64,000 bases of DNA from Vicugna vicugna (GCA_013265495.1 MU057651.1:1003674-1067673); one strand, 5' to 3'. Counted from the stretch's first letter, positions 41,443 to 55,224 are shown. Program-made: numbers and translations. The notes: generated by a model from the sequence alone, not told the origin.

Positions 41443-42010
41443 ACATATTCCTAAACAATATATAGTATTGCTTTGCATGTTGATAACCTTTGTATCAGTG
41501 ATATGATACTGTAAATTTTTTCCAAGTTTGATCCATAGTTAACACATGTACTTCAAGTTCATTCATTTGTACTATTTATGTTCTTTCATTGTAAGAATAT
41601 ACTACAGTTTATCCATTTAACAATCAGTGATTTCTTAGGGTGATTCCAATTTTACACTATTTCAAACAATGCTGCAATGAACATTCTGGTTTAGTTTCCT
41701 GGTGCCATATGAGTGAGAGAGAATACTGCTATTTTGCTGAACTCCTACACCAATGTTCATGGACCTCCACTCTGTATAAGAGTGGCACGTGTAGAAAAAC
41801 AAAGTCCCCTCCTGGAAGACCTAGTGACCAAAACACTAAAAGGTTGCAATGTCATTCCATCAGGTATCACAAGTGGCAGGAGACTTCCAGATGGTGGAGT
41901 CAAAGCCAGGCTGTCTTGCAGTGAAAAGGCAGAAGGTAATCAAAAAGCTAGCCAACCGCTGGATTTCCAACTTGTTCTCCAGGTGTTTCCTGCTGTTGCT
42001 CTGTTGTAGA
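40822..42010 (+). mobile_element. Decayed RTE-like RT remnant split by an L1
   Basis: LTLILKKFTGHCSRTVSLL; AHMSDP*NLMD (~AHSEEDLQRLMD); DGGVKARLSCSEKAEG..LQVFPAVALL*SC (by eye). Confidence 0.5.
41150..41730 (-). mobile_element. Old L1 3' fragment containing compound (TG)(TA)(GA) microsatellite at 41369-41442
   Basis: atatactacagtttatccatt...aacaatgctgcaatgaacattc; visible repeats. Confidence 0.7.
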
Positions 42011-42929
42011 GCTGCATAAAAGAGCATCTGATGTTTATGAGTTTCTAACTGAGGAGGACTCAGGCTGTTAGGTCAGTGAGAAACCTGCCATTTTGGACAT
42101 TAATGTGGACTGTTTTGTTCGTTTGTTTATTTTCTCTTAGAATATTTCCTGAAGATTTTCTGTGCTCACATTTGTCCCCTTTATAGAGCTGACCCTAGAG
42201 ACTGTCAGTTGTCAGGGTCTGAAACAGGAAAAAAAAGTTGTGAAGCATCAGTGGGTATTATGATTTACGTCAATTTATAATGGAGATACTTTCTATTTTT
42301 TGGCCTCTATTCATTACATCCTCTATTTCAAACAAGTATTTGATGCCACTATCCTTAAAAACCCAAGTAACCAAACCAACTCTTTTATCTACAGATGGCA
42401 TCCTTGCATTGCGGCTCATCAGAAAAAACTACAGTTTAAGTTCTTACATACTGGTTTACTTTCTTAGATTAAATCCTTTACTGCTACCACATACTTTGTC
42501 TGTGAATTCCTTTTAGATATGTGGCCTGGAGTCTAGTAGGCGCCCCTCAGTTACCCTGACAATTCTCATGCCCCATTTCACACACAAAATCTGGTTCCCT
42601 GGTTCTTTTTTCACTCTGGGAAAACCGGTTCTACACTCTTTTTTTCTTTTTTTCAGGAAAAGTTTGAATGAAATATAACATAGTTAGGCTGTTTTTACAT
42701 GATACTAAATCAAGATACAAATCCGAGTAATTCAGTATTGTTTCAAAAAAGTATCATAAAATCATATAAAAAAACAATAATAGATTGCTTTAGATTGTGG
42801 TCAATATTTCTGTAAGTGTGATGTTTATTACTAACAGCAAATGTAAAATGAAAGCTGGTAAACAGACGAATTTAATTTTTTTCAAATTTGTGTATTTGTT
42901 CTTATATACTTTTAAAAAATACAAATATT

Positions 42930-43520
42930 ATATCAGACCCATTATTTCAGAAATATTGCTTAGGAGGAGGTTATTTTTTTAAGTGAGTCACTTTGATGAA
43001 AGATATTAAGTGGACAGATGGTTTATGGGTATAGCAAAAACAGTGTAGGTGGTATATAAATTAGTGATGCCTGGAAAATACTGATATACGTAAATATTTT
43101 TGTATCCTTCCAAGGATTCTTAAAAAATGTCCTAGGAATTCCAAAACCAATCTGAATCTCATTTAAAGATATTTATAAACAGCTTAAAAATTGAAACCAA
43201 AAAATATAACTGAAAAGAATGCACACATTCAAAAATGTTATATATGTCACATTTTAGTACATTGAAGACCAACAGTGCATTAACTTGAGCTACCTGGTAG
43301 ATTTATTTTTGTGCAGAATTCAAACTTAATTTGCCATCCAGTTTAATCAAAGAATATACTGTAATTCCACAGCATGCTGTTGAATGAGGGAATACAAACC
43401 ACCATTTGCAAATATTTATCTTTGTGGGTCAGAATGCTCTTACTGCTACACAACCAAAACAAATTCATTTGTACAAATGAATTGATACAACTGCCTTATA
43501 ACTTCCTATTTCAAATGTTT
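42930..43520 (+). mobile_element. Decayed Charlie-type hAT transposase fragment
   Basis: LSYLVDLF (43285) resembles LAYLADIF; PFANIYLCGSECSYCYTTKT (43402) resembles the hAT dimerisation motif PFATTYLCESGFS. Confidence 0.7.
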
Positions 43521-43819
43521 GTGTTTATCAAAACAGACATATTTATTACTTTTTCTTTATAATAAGTAAATATGTATTTGGGTTATCAAATTTGTATGAA
43601 TAAACCACTGCTTTTACCTGTTTTATATATTGAAGTCCTGTATAGAACTTTATTTGAAAACAGGGCTTCATTAATAAACAGAAAACTGTTGGTGAAGATG
43701 AAGCAACCAGTTGAATTACTAAATTTTTCACTATCATGCTATAATGGGATTTCATGTAAAATGAGAAAGAGGGAGATTCTGCTTAATAATAAGAATGAAC
43801 ATTTATTCAGCATTTCTTT

Positions 43820-44097
43820 TATCAGTCAAAATAGATGAGGTTATGTTGCAGTAACAAATAACTCCAAAATTTCACTTATGAATCACAAAGGTTTATTTCT
43901 CACTCATGCTATGTGTTCATCACGGTTTGGTTGAGCCTCTGATTCATATTATTTTCACTCTAAGATCTAGACTATTAAGATCAGCCGCTATCTGGAACAT
44001 TGCAGTTGACATAGCAGAGGGAAAAGGGAATATGGCAAACCTGATTCCAGAGGTAAGGGCACTGAAGCAAAGACACTCATTGGACAGACTCTGACTA
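43820..44097. mobile_element. MaLR MLT1-type LTR fragment
   Basis: ggttatgttgcagtaacaaataactccaaaatttc...aaggtttatttctcactcatgc. Confidence 0.65.
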
Positions 44098-44149
44098 AAG
44101 GAGGACCCATGAATTTTAGGGTCAGAGGACCCCAATTCTTGGAGAAAAT

Positions 44150-45330
44150 ACCACTAATATTGCATCTTCTGGGTAGAGCCAGGACCTGAGTTTTTATATA
44201 GACATGATGCCCCTGAGGATTGCAATCAGTTAGGAAACAAACAACTAACTGTGCTGGAATTTCATCAGTGCAAAATGCAGCTGGAGTTGTGAAATCCATG
44301 CCCCCTAACAAACTGGGGCAGTATAACCCTGGCCACAGTCTGGCCAAATTCGCAGGTTGAAGTTTAGAGGCAAATTCTTACGGAGAGATTCCATAGCCAT
44401 AGTAACAATCTCTGGACCTCTCCTGCCTCATTTCCTCATAGTCATGTCTTTTCCTGGACTATTTATAAACTTTTAAGCAGGTAAGTGAGTAGAGAAAATC
44501 TGTTTTTACTATGAAATCTACAAAACATTTCAGGTGAGCATACTTGGGCTTTAATCATTTTGTCCGTGTTAACAACCCCATGAGTGAGGCATTCAGATTG
44601 ACCTGACTTTATAAATGGGTAAACTAAAACTTACAGTGCTATGGTAACTCACCTATGCTCCAAAATGGTAGGCTGTGTTTGTGAGTTTGTATTTCCAGCA
44701 CCTCATATAGTACCTGACACATAATTGATGCTCAGGAAATAGTTGAATGAATGAATAGATAAGCAGCATTTGCTTTTTTTGCACAATGCAAACCATTGTG
44801 CCTCACTCCTATGATATCCTCATCCATCTTATCCTTCACTACTCAGACTGGGCCACCATCACTGTCTGTCTGACCTTTTCCAAGGCTTAGGGTGAGATGA
44901 CAGTGGAAGGAGGCAGTTGCTTAGCCAATCAAATTCAAATTCTTTGTTCCCACATCTGCCTTTAAAAGCAAACAAAGTAATGCAATCCTGGAGAAGGCAG
45001 CTCTTGGGGGAAATGTTTTCCTACCACGTGCCTCATATGTTTCCAAACACAGCCTCCACAGGCCCCACTTTTTTTTTTCTAATTTGCACTCCCCATCTAA
45101 ACAAGGCAGTCTAAAAAGGGCACCATTCTGTATTAAAATTTTTGGTCTTGATTTCCAGCCATTAATAGCCTTGGAGAGGTTGTATTCCTGATTCTCTCTG
45201 CCATCTCACTTACAGGGCAGAGAAGAGACACGGGATGCCAAGGAGAAGGCATCAGCTTGGCGTCTGTGGTATGACCACTCGGGAAATTCCATTCTTTGAA
45301 AATCCACATCTCCTTCCTGTAGGTCCCGTG
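44150..45330 (-). mobile_element. Decayed non-LTR RT remnant
   Basis: WHPVSLLCPVSEMAERI (~YRPISLLCTVSKIFERI); PVEAVFGNI; EEMRQERSRDCYYG..SKL..RLWPGLYCPSLLGG (by eye). Confidence 0.55.
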
Positions 45331-46689
45331 GCTGGGGCCCACAACTAGGGACAGAGGCCACACAGCTGCTTTCCCTTTTAGCCCCTTCCCCTACCCTTAT
45401 CAAAGGCAGAAAGATGCTGATGGCCAGATAGCCAAGGGTTCAGGGACTTTGTCTTCTAGAATCTCCATCCTTAAAGACTTTTAGGATGAGAGGAACTTTT
45501 CTTTGTTTGTACTAAATCTGAACACACAAGCTCTTCTTTTATCATTTCAAGAAGGTGGTTTTTGAGAGGTTGAGCCTAGAATCACTGCTATTGCCAGGGT
45601 CTTCCACTAGGGCAGTGGTTTTCAAATATTTCTTAGCTATGAAACTCTTTCTAAAAATGAAACTCGATGTATAAAGTAGACAAAAAGTGTAGGTGCTCTG
45701 GATGAAGGAGGGAAGGGGACCTAGACCTCTGACAGTTTTGTCTCCCTATATCAGCCTCTGAGGATTCACCATGAACCCAAGAAGTTACAGACCATAATTC
45801 AAAAGTCACTGCTCTTGAGTGTAAACTTCAGGATGGAGGAGTGTGGACTATGTCTGGCTTACTTGCCTCTGTATCCTCAGCTGTGTATTCTGAGCCCAGC
45901 ACATAGTAAGAGCATCAAAATCATGCATTGAATAAATAGGAGGTACCAGTGTTTGGTGGCAATTGCTGTTGGTTACATGACTCATCCTACTGTGATGTGT
46001 GTGTGTGTGCTTGTGTATGTGTTTTGAAGGGAAGAGGGATTAAAAGCTGAGGGTTGGAGTGCACTGGAGTTGAGATGAGTGAGCAAGACTTTGATGGTGA
46101 ACTTGGAATGGTTAGAGTGTAAAGAAGAGCTGAATAGAGAATAATGAATGGCTCAGCAGGCTGCTAGGTCCTGCAGATTGGCTGGCAAAGCTGGTTGGTT
46201 TGCTCATTCATATGTTAGACGTTTATTGATCTCCAGCCATGTGTCAGGCTAGCTCCTAAGAGACAAAGATGACTAAAACACAATCCCTGCTCTCAAGTAC
46301 TAGTGTCCTGTCTAATGGAGGAGACAGACAGTAAAACAAATCAGTGCCAATAAATAGTGTAATGGCTATAATCATTTTTAAACTGTTATGTGAATGAATC
46401 TTTCATTCCCTATAAGTCTTGATGTCCTGGGGTTCACTGAATCTGTAGGTTTCCACTCTTCAGGGAATAGTACTGTAAGTCATTGCTTTGCTTCGGCTGT
46501 CAGATTAAATTTTGTGGGGGTTTTTTTTTCAGTATCTAGATGAGTTGTACTTTTTTTTTTTTAACCATGGGATCCACAGTAAAGAAAAATACTCAAGGGC
46601 AATGTGCATCTTAACTTTCACCAAAAATCTCTCACCAAAAATTAACGTTTACTTTCATTATGAATGTATGAAACAAACCACAGTAATTC

Positions 46690-47036
46690 AGCCACACCTA
46701 TGACTTTGTCATTAATAGGAATCACATTTTCATATCAAATTAATAATGGTGTAGCTTTCTGAAAATATTATTTACCCTCATCATTACTTCAAAATTGTGG
46801 TGGTTACTAGACCTGCGATTAGATTGTATCATTTAATGCACTGATAAAGAAGCACAAATATTAGTCTATCATGATTTGCTAATATTTTGTAATTGTATTT
46901 CAATATAATTGGCTTCCTTTGCAATCTTGTGTACTCTGTCTAATCTATTTAAACAAATCATTCTGAGAAGGAAGCCATAGGCACCATCAAATTGCTAAAA
47001 AAGGCCACCATGTCACAAAATGGTTAAGAACCCCTG
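46690..47036 (+). mobile_element. Charlie4-like hAT right end
   Basis: tgtatttcaatataattggcttcctttg...cattctgagaagg...aaaatggttaagaacccctg. Confidence 0.65.
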
Positions 47037-47149
47037 TTAGACAATGGTCTTAAGAATGAGGTTTTATCAAGTAAGAAAATAATTTTCAAACATCAGAAGC
47101 TCCCTTTATATATTCAAAGCAAAGCATGTGCTCTTATTATAAGCCATGA

Positions 47150-47860
47150 GTAAAGAGAACTCAGTCTAGGATGTAAAGAAAGTTCCCACCAAGGAGAAGA
47201 GCAAGTGGACAGATATCAGAAGGGCCTGGTAGAAGCCACCAAAGAAGTGAGGGCTGTTCCTCACCTGGAACAGACTAGGAAGATGTGACACTCCCTGGAG
47301 AAGATCTGCATCCACCCTGGTATTGAAGCAATCTTGCATCCAGAGGATAGGACGGCAATAGGAGAGGGAGGTCTCAAAGTTCATGGGCCTGATGTAGCAC
47401 TTCTGTTTCTTCATTACCTGCCACTGGTATGCAGAAAATCCAAAATTGAGGGGTAGAGAGGACCAGTGGGCCACCAGAAGCCTATGTTTGAAATGAAGAG
47501 GCTACAAAATCAGGGGGCTTTTGCAACCAGAAACAAATACCTGGGACTATGGATTTCAATGAACGGTGCAACCAATGAAATTCTTAAAAGACTAGAAGGG
47601 ACTCGTTGCACTTCAGCAGAAATCAGCACAGGAGCAGAGGGATTGTTCCAGACCAGCCACTCTGTAGCAGAAAATAGTGAGCACCCAGAAGAATGATCAT
47701 GGATCCAAGAATCTATTGTCCCCAACCCCACAGCCCCTGGACACCTCCCATGTAAGGGGAGGGGAAGTGAAGTTAAAACATACAAGACTCAGCATTTATC
47801 CAAAGAGGCAGATTCTTTCAAATGGCACAATGAGTTATGTGTCTGCACTTCCTCCCCACT
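47150..47860 (+). mobile_element. Decayed RTE-like RT and thumb remnant
   Basis: One frame: RYQKGLVEATKEVRAVPH; LEKICIHPGI; LLFLHYL; KYLGLWISMNGATNEILKRL; then LDTSHVR after a frameshift (by eye). Confidence 0.65.
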
Positions 47861-50800
47861 ACCCAGCAGGATGGGAAGTTCCTGGGGGTAGTTTAGTTCA
47901 ATTTTAGAGAACATTTTTGCACATCTGAATTGCTAGATATACATTCCAACCCTGCTGTATGTGTTTTGGCAATACGATATAGAAGTCAGTTTGGAGTCAA
48001 AGAAAGGACAAAGGGAGAAGTGTTCAGTTCCATGAGGGTGTGGGTGGCGGGACAGGTGGGTCAGGAAAGACTTTGCTTGAGCTGTGCCTTGAAAGATGAG
48101 CAACTTTTCCAGAGGCAATCAGGCACTTCGCTTGAAAAAATCAACCTTCTTGGTCGAGAAAGTAATAGCCTATACAGTGTGATTTAAAAGTCACCAGGAA
48201 GGACCTCTAATGGCCCCAACATAGACCAGAATCCACCATCAGAGATTAATTCTTTATATCTTGAATGTCTTCTAGCAGTGTAACGTGCATGTGAATCACC
48301 CGTGCATCTCGTGAAGCTTCAGATTCTGGTGCTGTAGGTCCGTAATTGGGCCTGAGATTCTGTGTTTCTAACATGCTCCCAGGAGATGTTGGTATTATTG
48401 GTCCACGGGTCACACTTTAAGAAGCAAGGCTCTAGAATACATTAATAAATGTAGCTAAGAATTGTTAACATCTACCATGTCATTACGTGGCCAGCATTGT
48501 ACAAAGCCCTCCATACACTATCACTGTGTTTGATCTTCATGAAAACCATATGAGGAAGCTCAGAATTTTCAGTTATTTGAGAAAGACTGAAATCTCAAAT
48601 TCAGAGAATTTTCAGTAATTTGTCCAAGGCCATTGCTGTGATGAAACTGGAACAGAATGCAGGTTGCCTTATCCTGGACCCTAACTCTTAGCTATTAGAC
48701 TCTACTGTAATACCTTAAGGTGACAGTTTAAGTTTTGTTTTTGTGAGTTTTTTTTTAAAGAAACTGGACCTTTTGGTAGAGGCCAGTATGTATAGAAGAC
48801 ACAAATATCAGGGCTGGGGACTCCAAAGCCCAAATGCTCAGCCAATTCCACTCAGTTTCCAAAGTGGCCCTCAAAGCACTGCCTCAGAACCCTGGGACTC
48901 TGGGATATTTAGTTTATAACCCAGTGGTTAGGGATGTTGCAAGTTATCCTTTCTGGGGAGAGATTAGTGGGCATTTAATTGGGAACAAACGCAGCATCTG
49001 GATGGAAGCTGTATCAGGGATGCTGAAAACAGAGAGGGGGCACCAAAAGAAAGATAAGAGGTTACAAATACAGCCACTGCTAGCATTCCTATGTGCTCAG
49101 AGTTAGTTCTATCTTGGTACTGTCTTTCCTGAAGCCTGTTTACCTGCTTTCTCTCCCTTTCTCCCTACCATTAGCTTGTGACTCTGCTCCCAAAAGCAGA
49201 AATGGTCTTCTGCTTTGCTCCTGCCAGGCTCTCAGCTAAATGCTGCCTGGATGCCCTGACAGTTAGGCTTCTTCCGTCCTGAGGTAGGCTTTTAGAGCAT
49301 CTAGTCCCATGGTTTTAAAACTTTGCCCTGGGAAAACTGGAGCTCCTCCAGACCTTTCAGTTATGGTACCAGGTGGGCAGGGTAAGGTTATGGAGGAAGC
49401 ATAGAGGAGGTTAGCAGAGGCCAGTGACTTGCCCATCACAGAAGCAGAGAACCTGAGAGCCTAAGGAGCTGAGAGCTCCAACTGCTGGTTTCTGTTCCGG
49501 ATACAGGCCACCCTGGTGGGCACTCTGAGTCCTCCTCTGTGAACAATAGCATGACTAGTGCTATGACTCTTGGATACTGATATGGGCTATAGACTCTTTC
49601 CCACTGCTTGCCCAGACCTGGTCATCTCTTACTTTAGGTTCAGGGGAAACTTTCTGCCCTGAGTCTCAACAAGTTCTGGAAACAGACACTGGATAACTGT
49701 TTAAAACAGATTTCAACCCTTGGAATGTCTCTAATTGTGCTGTAGTCTCTTCAATTCAGCTATCTGCTCTAATGTCACCTCCTTAGAGGAGCCTCCCCTG
49801 ACCATGTCATCTAAACAAGCACTCCCATACCCTGCTTTGTTTTCTTCCTAGCACTTACCATTGCCTGACTTTATGTTATTTATTTATTACCTCTCTCCCC
49901 ACTAGAATGTAAGCTCCAGCTCACTATCATTACCCGCAGAACCTAGAACTTTGCCTGGGATATAATGGGTGCTCAATAAATATTTGTTCAATGAATGGAT
50001 GGAAGGATGGATGAGTGAATCTAATTCACACTGAACCACAGACTTATTCATTAGATCTGTGGGGCCTCTCTTTTCACAGGAAGGAACATAACATGAGCTT
50101 GCACACTCCCCAGAACATGGTAGTGACTCAATAATGAACTGAATGAAAGAGAGAGATGGTTATGGGGAAGGAGGCTTGGCTTAGACCAATGATTTTTGTT
50201 GTGCGTGAAGGCATTGTAGACAAACTCCCATTCCCCCAACTTGGGTAGAATATCAAAATCAGAACATCTTAAAAAGCACTTTTATCATTACAAATATGTG
50301 GTCCAAGTTTAAAAATTATTTACAAATTGTAAAAAATTACAAGGAGAAAATGTGAAAAAGAAAGATTGTTTTCATGATACAAAAAGCACATGAGCTTTTT
50401 GTTCCTTGAAAGGTCAGCGTGGACTTATAATGGTTGCGGGCAGCACTGGAAGGACAGTCCCTGGGGCATCACTCTTTTGAAAATTCTGTAATTCTAAGCC
50501 TGCATACATCCCATGGCACGTGATCCAGCTGTACAACATCTCTTCCCTAAAGAGTGCCTCTCACGAAAGAAAATGCTGTGCAAATTGTTTTCCCCATCAT
50601 AAAAAAAAAAGCCATGGAAATTACCAAACCACAACTGAACTGTGGTCAAAGCAGTCTTGAATGAGCATTAACAAGAAGAGGGTGCCATGAAGCAAAGGCG
50701 AATTTTCCCTTTTCTGCCCTACCCTACACTGATCACATACAATTTTTCAAGATGATGGCAGCTATCCAGTGGGCGTTTAATATATGCAAATCCACAGCAG

Positions 50801-51409
50801 CTCCTAGGTGGAACTGTCACAGCAAGGGGCCACAGAAGCCAGACCTCGATGTTCTAATTGAGATTCTGTCCCCTGGTTGGCTGTGGAGAATGTAAAGTAC
50901 CTCATATACAGCCCAGGCTGCATTTATTAAGTGTCCAAACCCGCTGCTGAATGAGGCGGATCAGATACTATAGGCTTTGAATTTTTAAATGACTGTTTAA
51001 AATTACACAAGTATCTGCTCATTGAGAAAAAATGAATAGAATATAAATAGCCAGGAGAGCATAAAAATGATCATCAACCTAGAGATAGCTACTGTTTATT
51101 ATATTGATATTCCAGACCTGTCCCTAAGCATATGTGTGCACATATTTTTCAAAATAAGGAATAATAATGTGCTATTTTATGGCCTGATTTTTTTCACTTA
51201 GCAATACATCATAAAGATCATTCATTGTCAAGGCATGCAGGTCTACATTATTAATAGATGGTTTTCGGTTTTCCACTACATAAACATGGTTGCAGTGAAC
51301 ATACTTGTAATCGAATATGTAGTTATTCATTTAGGATAATTCTCTAAAAGTGAGATTTCAAGGTATTTTCATTTTGAGATTTATGATATTACCTCTTTCC
51401 TGACAACAT

Positions 51410-51460
51410 ATTATTATTATTATTACTACTACTACTACTACTACCACTACTACTACTACC
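51410..51460. repeat. (TAT)n(TAC)n trinucleotide repeat
   Basis: Visible repeat at a MIR end. Confidence 0.9.
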
Positions 51461-51899
51461 ATATAAGCAGCAAACACTGTATGCCAGAACTATTCTAAGC
51501 ATTTTGTATGTACTAACCCATTTAATCCTCTACATGATTCTGTGTGATATGTGCTATGATGCCCATTTCACAGATGGGGGAAGCAAGGTCGAGAGAAGTT
51601 AAGTAACTTGATTAAATTACATGTCTAGCAAGTGGCAGAGTCCAGAATAGAGCTCAAAAGAACAGTAGACTATAATCTTCACCACCACACAGCCTTTGTC
51701 AATTTGATAAAGCAATCAACCTCAGGCTTTTAAGTTCTAGCCCACAGCTGGGGTTACAGGTATTTCTTAATGTTTTTCACATTTGTCCTCAGCCAGACAT
51801 TCCTCACCTTTCATTCATCAAAGCAAATACCTTATCCAAGGAGTCTGCATCTGATTTCTTACCTGGAAAGACAAAATGCTAAATATAAAACTGTTAAAA

Positions 51900-52028
51900 C
51901 AGCGAAAACAAATGTGACAATAAATATATGTATGTTCATGTACAACTGAAAAACTGTGCTTTATACTGGAATTTGACACAACATTGTAAAATGACTATAA
52001 CTCAATAATAAAATGTTAAAAAAAAAAA
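51900..52028 (+). mobile_element. Short, young L1 3' end (camelid-type)
   Basis: tatgttcatgtacaactgaaaaactgtgctttatactggaatttgacacaacattgtaaaatgactataactcaata + polyA. Confidence 0.85.
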
Positions 52029-52855
52029 CCATTCTAAAAGATAGCCAGTCCCCCTTCTTTGGCACCAGTGGTGACTGTTGGTGACAGTCCACTGGAAATG
52101 CATTCTTATTTGGACAATGTTCCATTTATTAACTCCCAAAAGCCCCTCATGTCATGGAGTCACACCTGAACCTCTCAGCTAATTTTGCTTTCACTTTTTA
52201 ATTGCAAATATTTGCAAACAGATGTCACTGAGAATTCAGTAGGGTTGAGGCGATCGTGTTTCTTATAGCTTTTACCCCTAAGTGTGGGAACTGCTTATAG
52301 ATGTTGTCTTCCCTTCCACTTTTACCACTGAAGCTGCTTGAGCTCCAGCTTTGTTCCAAAGAGCAGAAGAGCTAAGCATGCCTGACCTGGGTTTGAATCT
52401 TGGTTTCACAAATATAAGCTATGCGACCTGGAGTAAGTCACTTAAATTCTCTCTGACTTCAGTCACTTCATCTATAAGATTAGGGTGATAAAATAGCATT
52501 TTGTGAGGTGAGATGAGAAAATGAGTGCAAAACACTTAGAATGTGAGCTATTATCTTTAGAGTAACAATGTTATCTATTTGTCAAAAGCAAAAATTTTGG
52601 AGTCAATCTTCCTAGATTCAAATCTTGGCTCTGAAACTTTTTAGTTCTGTAAACTTGGGCAATTTACTTATTTTCTCTTTGCCTTAATTTCCTCATCTGA
52701 AATAATAATACCTACATCATAGGGTTCCTATGAAGAACCAATGAGTTAATTTATGTAAAGTGCTTAGAAGAGTACTTGACACAAAATAAGTGTTGGTTAT
52801 TACTGTTGTTGTTGTTGTTATTATTATTAAAGTGCATGACCTGCTTTAAACAGGC

Positions 52856-53560
52856 TTTTAAAACACTAGTGAGGATGTGGAGAAATAGGAACCTTCATAC
52901 ATTGTTGATGGGAATGTAAAATGGTTTAGCCTCTGCTGAAAAAGTTAGTTCCTCAATATTTTAAGCATTAAAAATTACCATAGAACCAGCAATTCTACTC
53001 CTAATATATATTCAAAAGAATTGAAAATGGAAGTCCAAGCAAAAACTTGTACACAAATGTTCACATCAACATTATTATTAATAGGTGAAAAGAATCAAAA
53101 GTCAATCAGCTGATGAATGGATAAATAAAATGTAGTATATCTGTACAATGGAATTTTATTTGGCCATAAAATTGAATGAAGTACTGATATAGCTACATCA
53201 TGGATAAACTTTGAAAACATTATGCTAAGTAAAAGAAGCCAGTCACAAACCATCATATAGTACATGATTCTATTTATGTGAAATATCCAAAATAGGTAAA
53301 TCCATGGAGACAGAAAGTAGATTAGTGGTTTCCTGGGGCTGAAGCAGAGAAGGAGGGACAGCAGGAATGGGGAATGACTGCTAATGTTTATGTGGTTTCT
53401 TTTTTTTTGAGGTGATGAAAGTGTTCTAAATTTAGATTGTGGTAATGGTTGCACAATTCTGTAAATATACTCAAAACCATTGGATTAGATACTTTAAATG
53501 GGTAAATTTTATGGTATATAAAATATATATATAAAATACCTCAATAAAATTGGGGTTTTT
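52856..53560 (+). mobile_element. L1MB-like 3' fragment
   Basis: gaggatgtggagaaataggaaccttcatacattg...cctcaataaa; flanking direct repeat acaggc (52850-52855, 53561-53566). Confidence 0.85.
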
Positions 53561-55224
53561 ACAGGCCTGTATACATAAGAGGATTAAGTTCCCCTCATAC
53601 CACTTGACATCAGTTTTGGTCAAATGTGATGAGATCTTTTTGGGGTTCTAATAAGAGGATGATCAGAGCAAAACTGGTCCTTCTCCTGACCAATGTTAAC
53701 CAGATTTCACCATGGCCCTCCAGGATCTTTGTAATCAAATCATCTGTGTTGAATCTTTGTGCAGCCATGGGGATGATCATTGGCCTGTCATCTACTGTAT
53801 TCAGGATAATTTCATGCTGTAAATGAACCCCAGTGGAGAGCAAGGACCTTTTCTATCTTATTCTCCATTGTATCCACAGTGTCTATTTGGCACATAGTGG
53901 GTGCCTAATAAATATATGATAAATGAATATACTGATAGATAGACAGAAAGCATGAGTTGTAGAAAGACTTTGAAATCAGGAGTTGGATTCAAATCTCACC
54001 TCCAGTAATAACTAGGTATGCAACATTGAGCATGTTGATTACTTTTTCTCAAACTCAACTTCTTATAAAATGGACAAAACAGAACCTCCTTCATAGGCAG
54101 TAAGTTTTAACTGAGATAATACATACTATGCGATAACTCAACAAATGTTAGTTTCCTTCACTTTTCTCCCACCAATTAGAAAAGCTCTGGAACCCTAGAG
54201 AGTTCTCTACTACAAATAGCTTTGTGTTAAGTCCTGTTGTAGCAATAAACATGAGCATTGACACTTTCTTAAGCACAAACTTAATGTCATATGATATCTG
54301 TCCTCAATCATGGAAGCTGGCAATGAAATTTGAGCCCATAAAATGCCAGAATTGGGAGGGCTGTTAGTAATAGATCATCTAGTCCAAGCCCTATAACTGA
54401 TAGAGAATCTTTAAATGCCACAACATTAGTGACCCATTTGGAGACTCTGGCTTAATTTTAAAAAGTGGGCAAAGAAATAACTGGCAAGGTAGATGGCAGA
54501 CATCTGGGGGACCATCAGTGAGAAATTCCAGGAATGATTCATTGTCCTCACCCTTGAAAAAGTCCCGTATGATATCTGACAGCTTAATCATCCTGTGTAT
54601 TTATATAGGGTTAGGCAAAGGTCACTGTACAAGAGAGAATCACTAGAGGAACAGGTGTTGATCTTCAATCTTCTAAATATATTAGTCAAAGCAGAATGTA
54701 TGCAGTGGGGAAAAACAGTCAGCATATCTATATAGGATCTTTACACTTCAGTTCCAAGAACCAAATTTTACTTTCTTCACTAAGCTTTGGGCCTTGCCTT
54801 CACAAAAAGGAACTATCTGAATTTGGCTCCCTGATGTCCAGTGAAAGGATGGCATATAACTAAAATAGGCAAACAATGTTTTCATTTATTACGGTCCTGA
54901 ATCAAAACCAAACCATTAGTTTATGAAATAAATAATTGGTTGATTTGGAAAGTAAATAAGGATAATTAACTTGCTAACTTGTTTTCCATACTTGATAACT
55001 CCAAGTATGACAGATATGTCTATTTATATTATATGGAGAAAGTGCATGTCACAAATTCTGTCTCCTTATTTATAAAATGCACAGAAGCATCAAGGGTAAT
55101 ACTGGAAGCCTAAGAGGAAAAACAACACTGGGAGGCAGTAGAGCCTAGTGGTTAAAAGCACAAGCTTGTTTTCAGTCAAGATCAAAACCTAGGCTGATGT
55201 AGATAGTAATCCAACATCCCACCA

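Larger units (their letters stand above)
51850..54590 (-). mobile_element. Decayed RTE-like LINE split by several younger insertions
   Basis: DIIRDFFKGE..FLEFLT; VVENSLGFQ; HEII..RPMII..FNTDDLITKILEGHG; KTDVK..LLCIQACLKQVM (joined across L1 TSD); EFSVTSVCKYL..IS*EVQV*L..PTVTTGA (by eye). Confidence 0.65.

Noticed and set aside
44478..44486. Consensus splice donor CAG|GTAAGT suggesting an unannotated exon
   Set aside because: No convincing acceptor or partner exon; such motifs occur by chance.
47426..47460. WYAENPKLRG as a degenerate YADD motif
   Set aside because: Out of frame with flanking motifs and too close to motif 4; probably coincidence.
53560..53843. Ty3/gypsy (PEG10/RTL-like) protease remnant, attractive because RTL9 neighbours CHRDL1 in human
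   Set aside because: No D(S/T)G catalytic motif; a LINE RT alignment fits better and continues collinearly on both sides.
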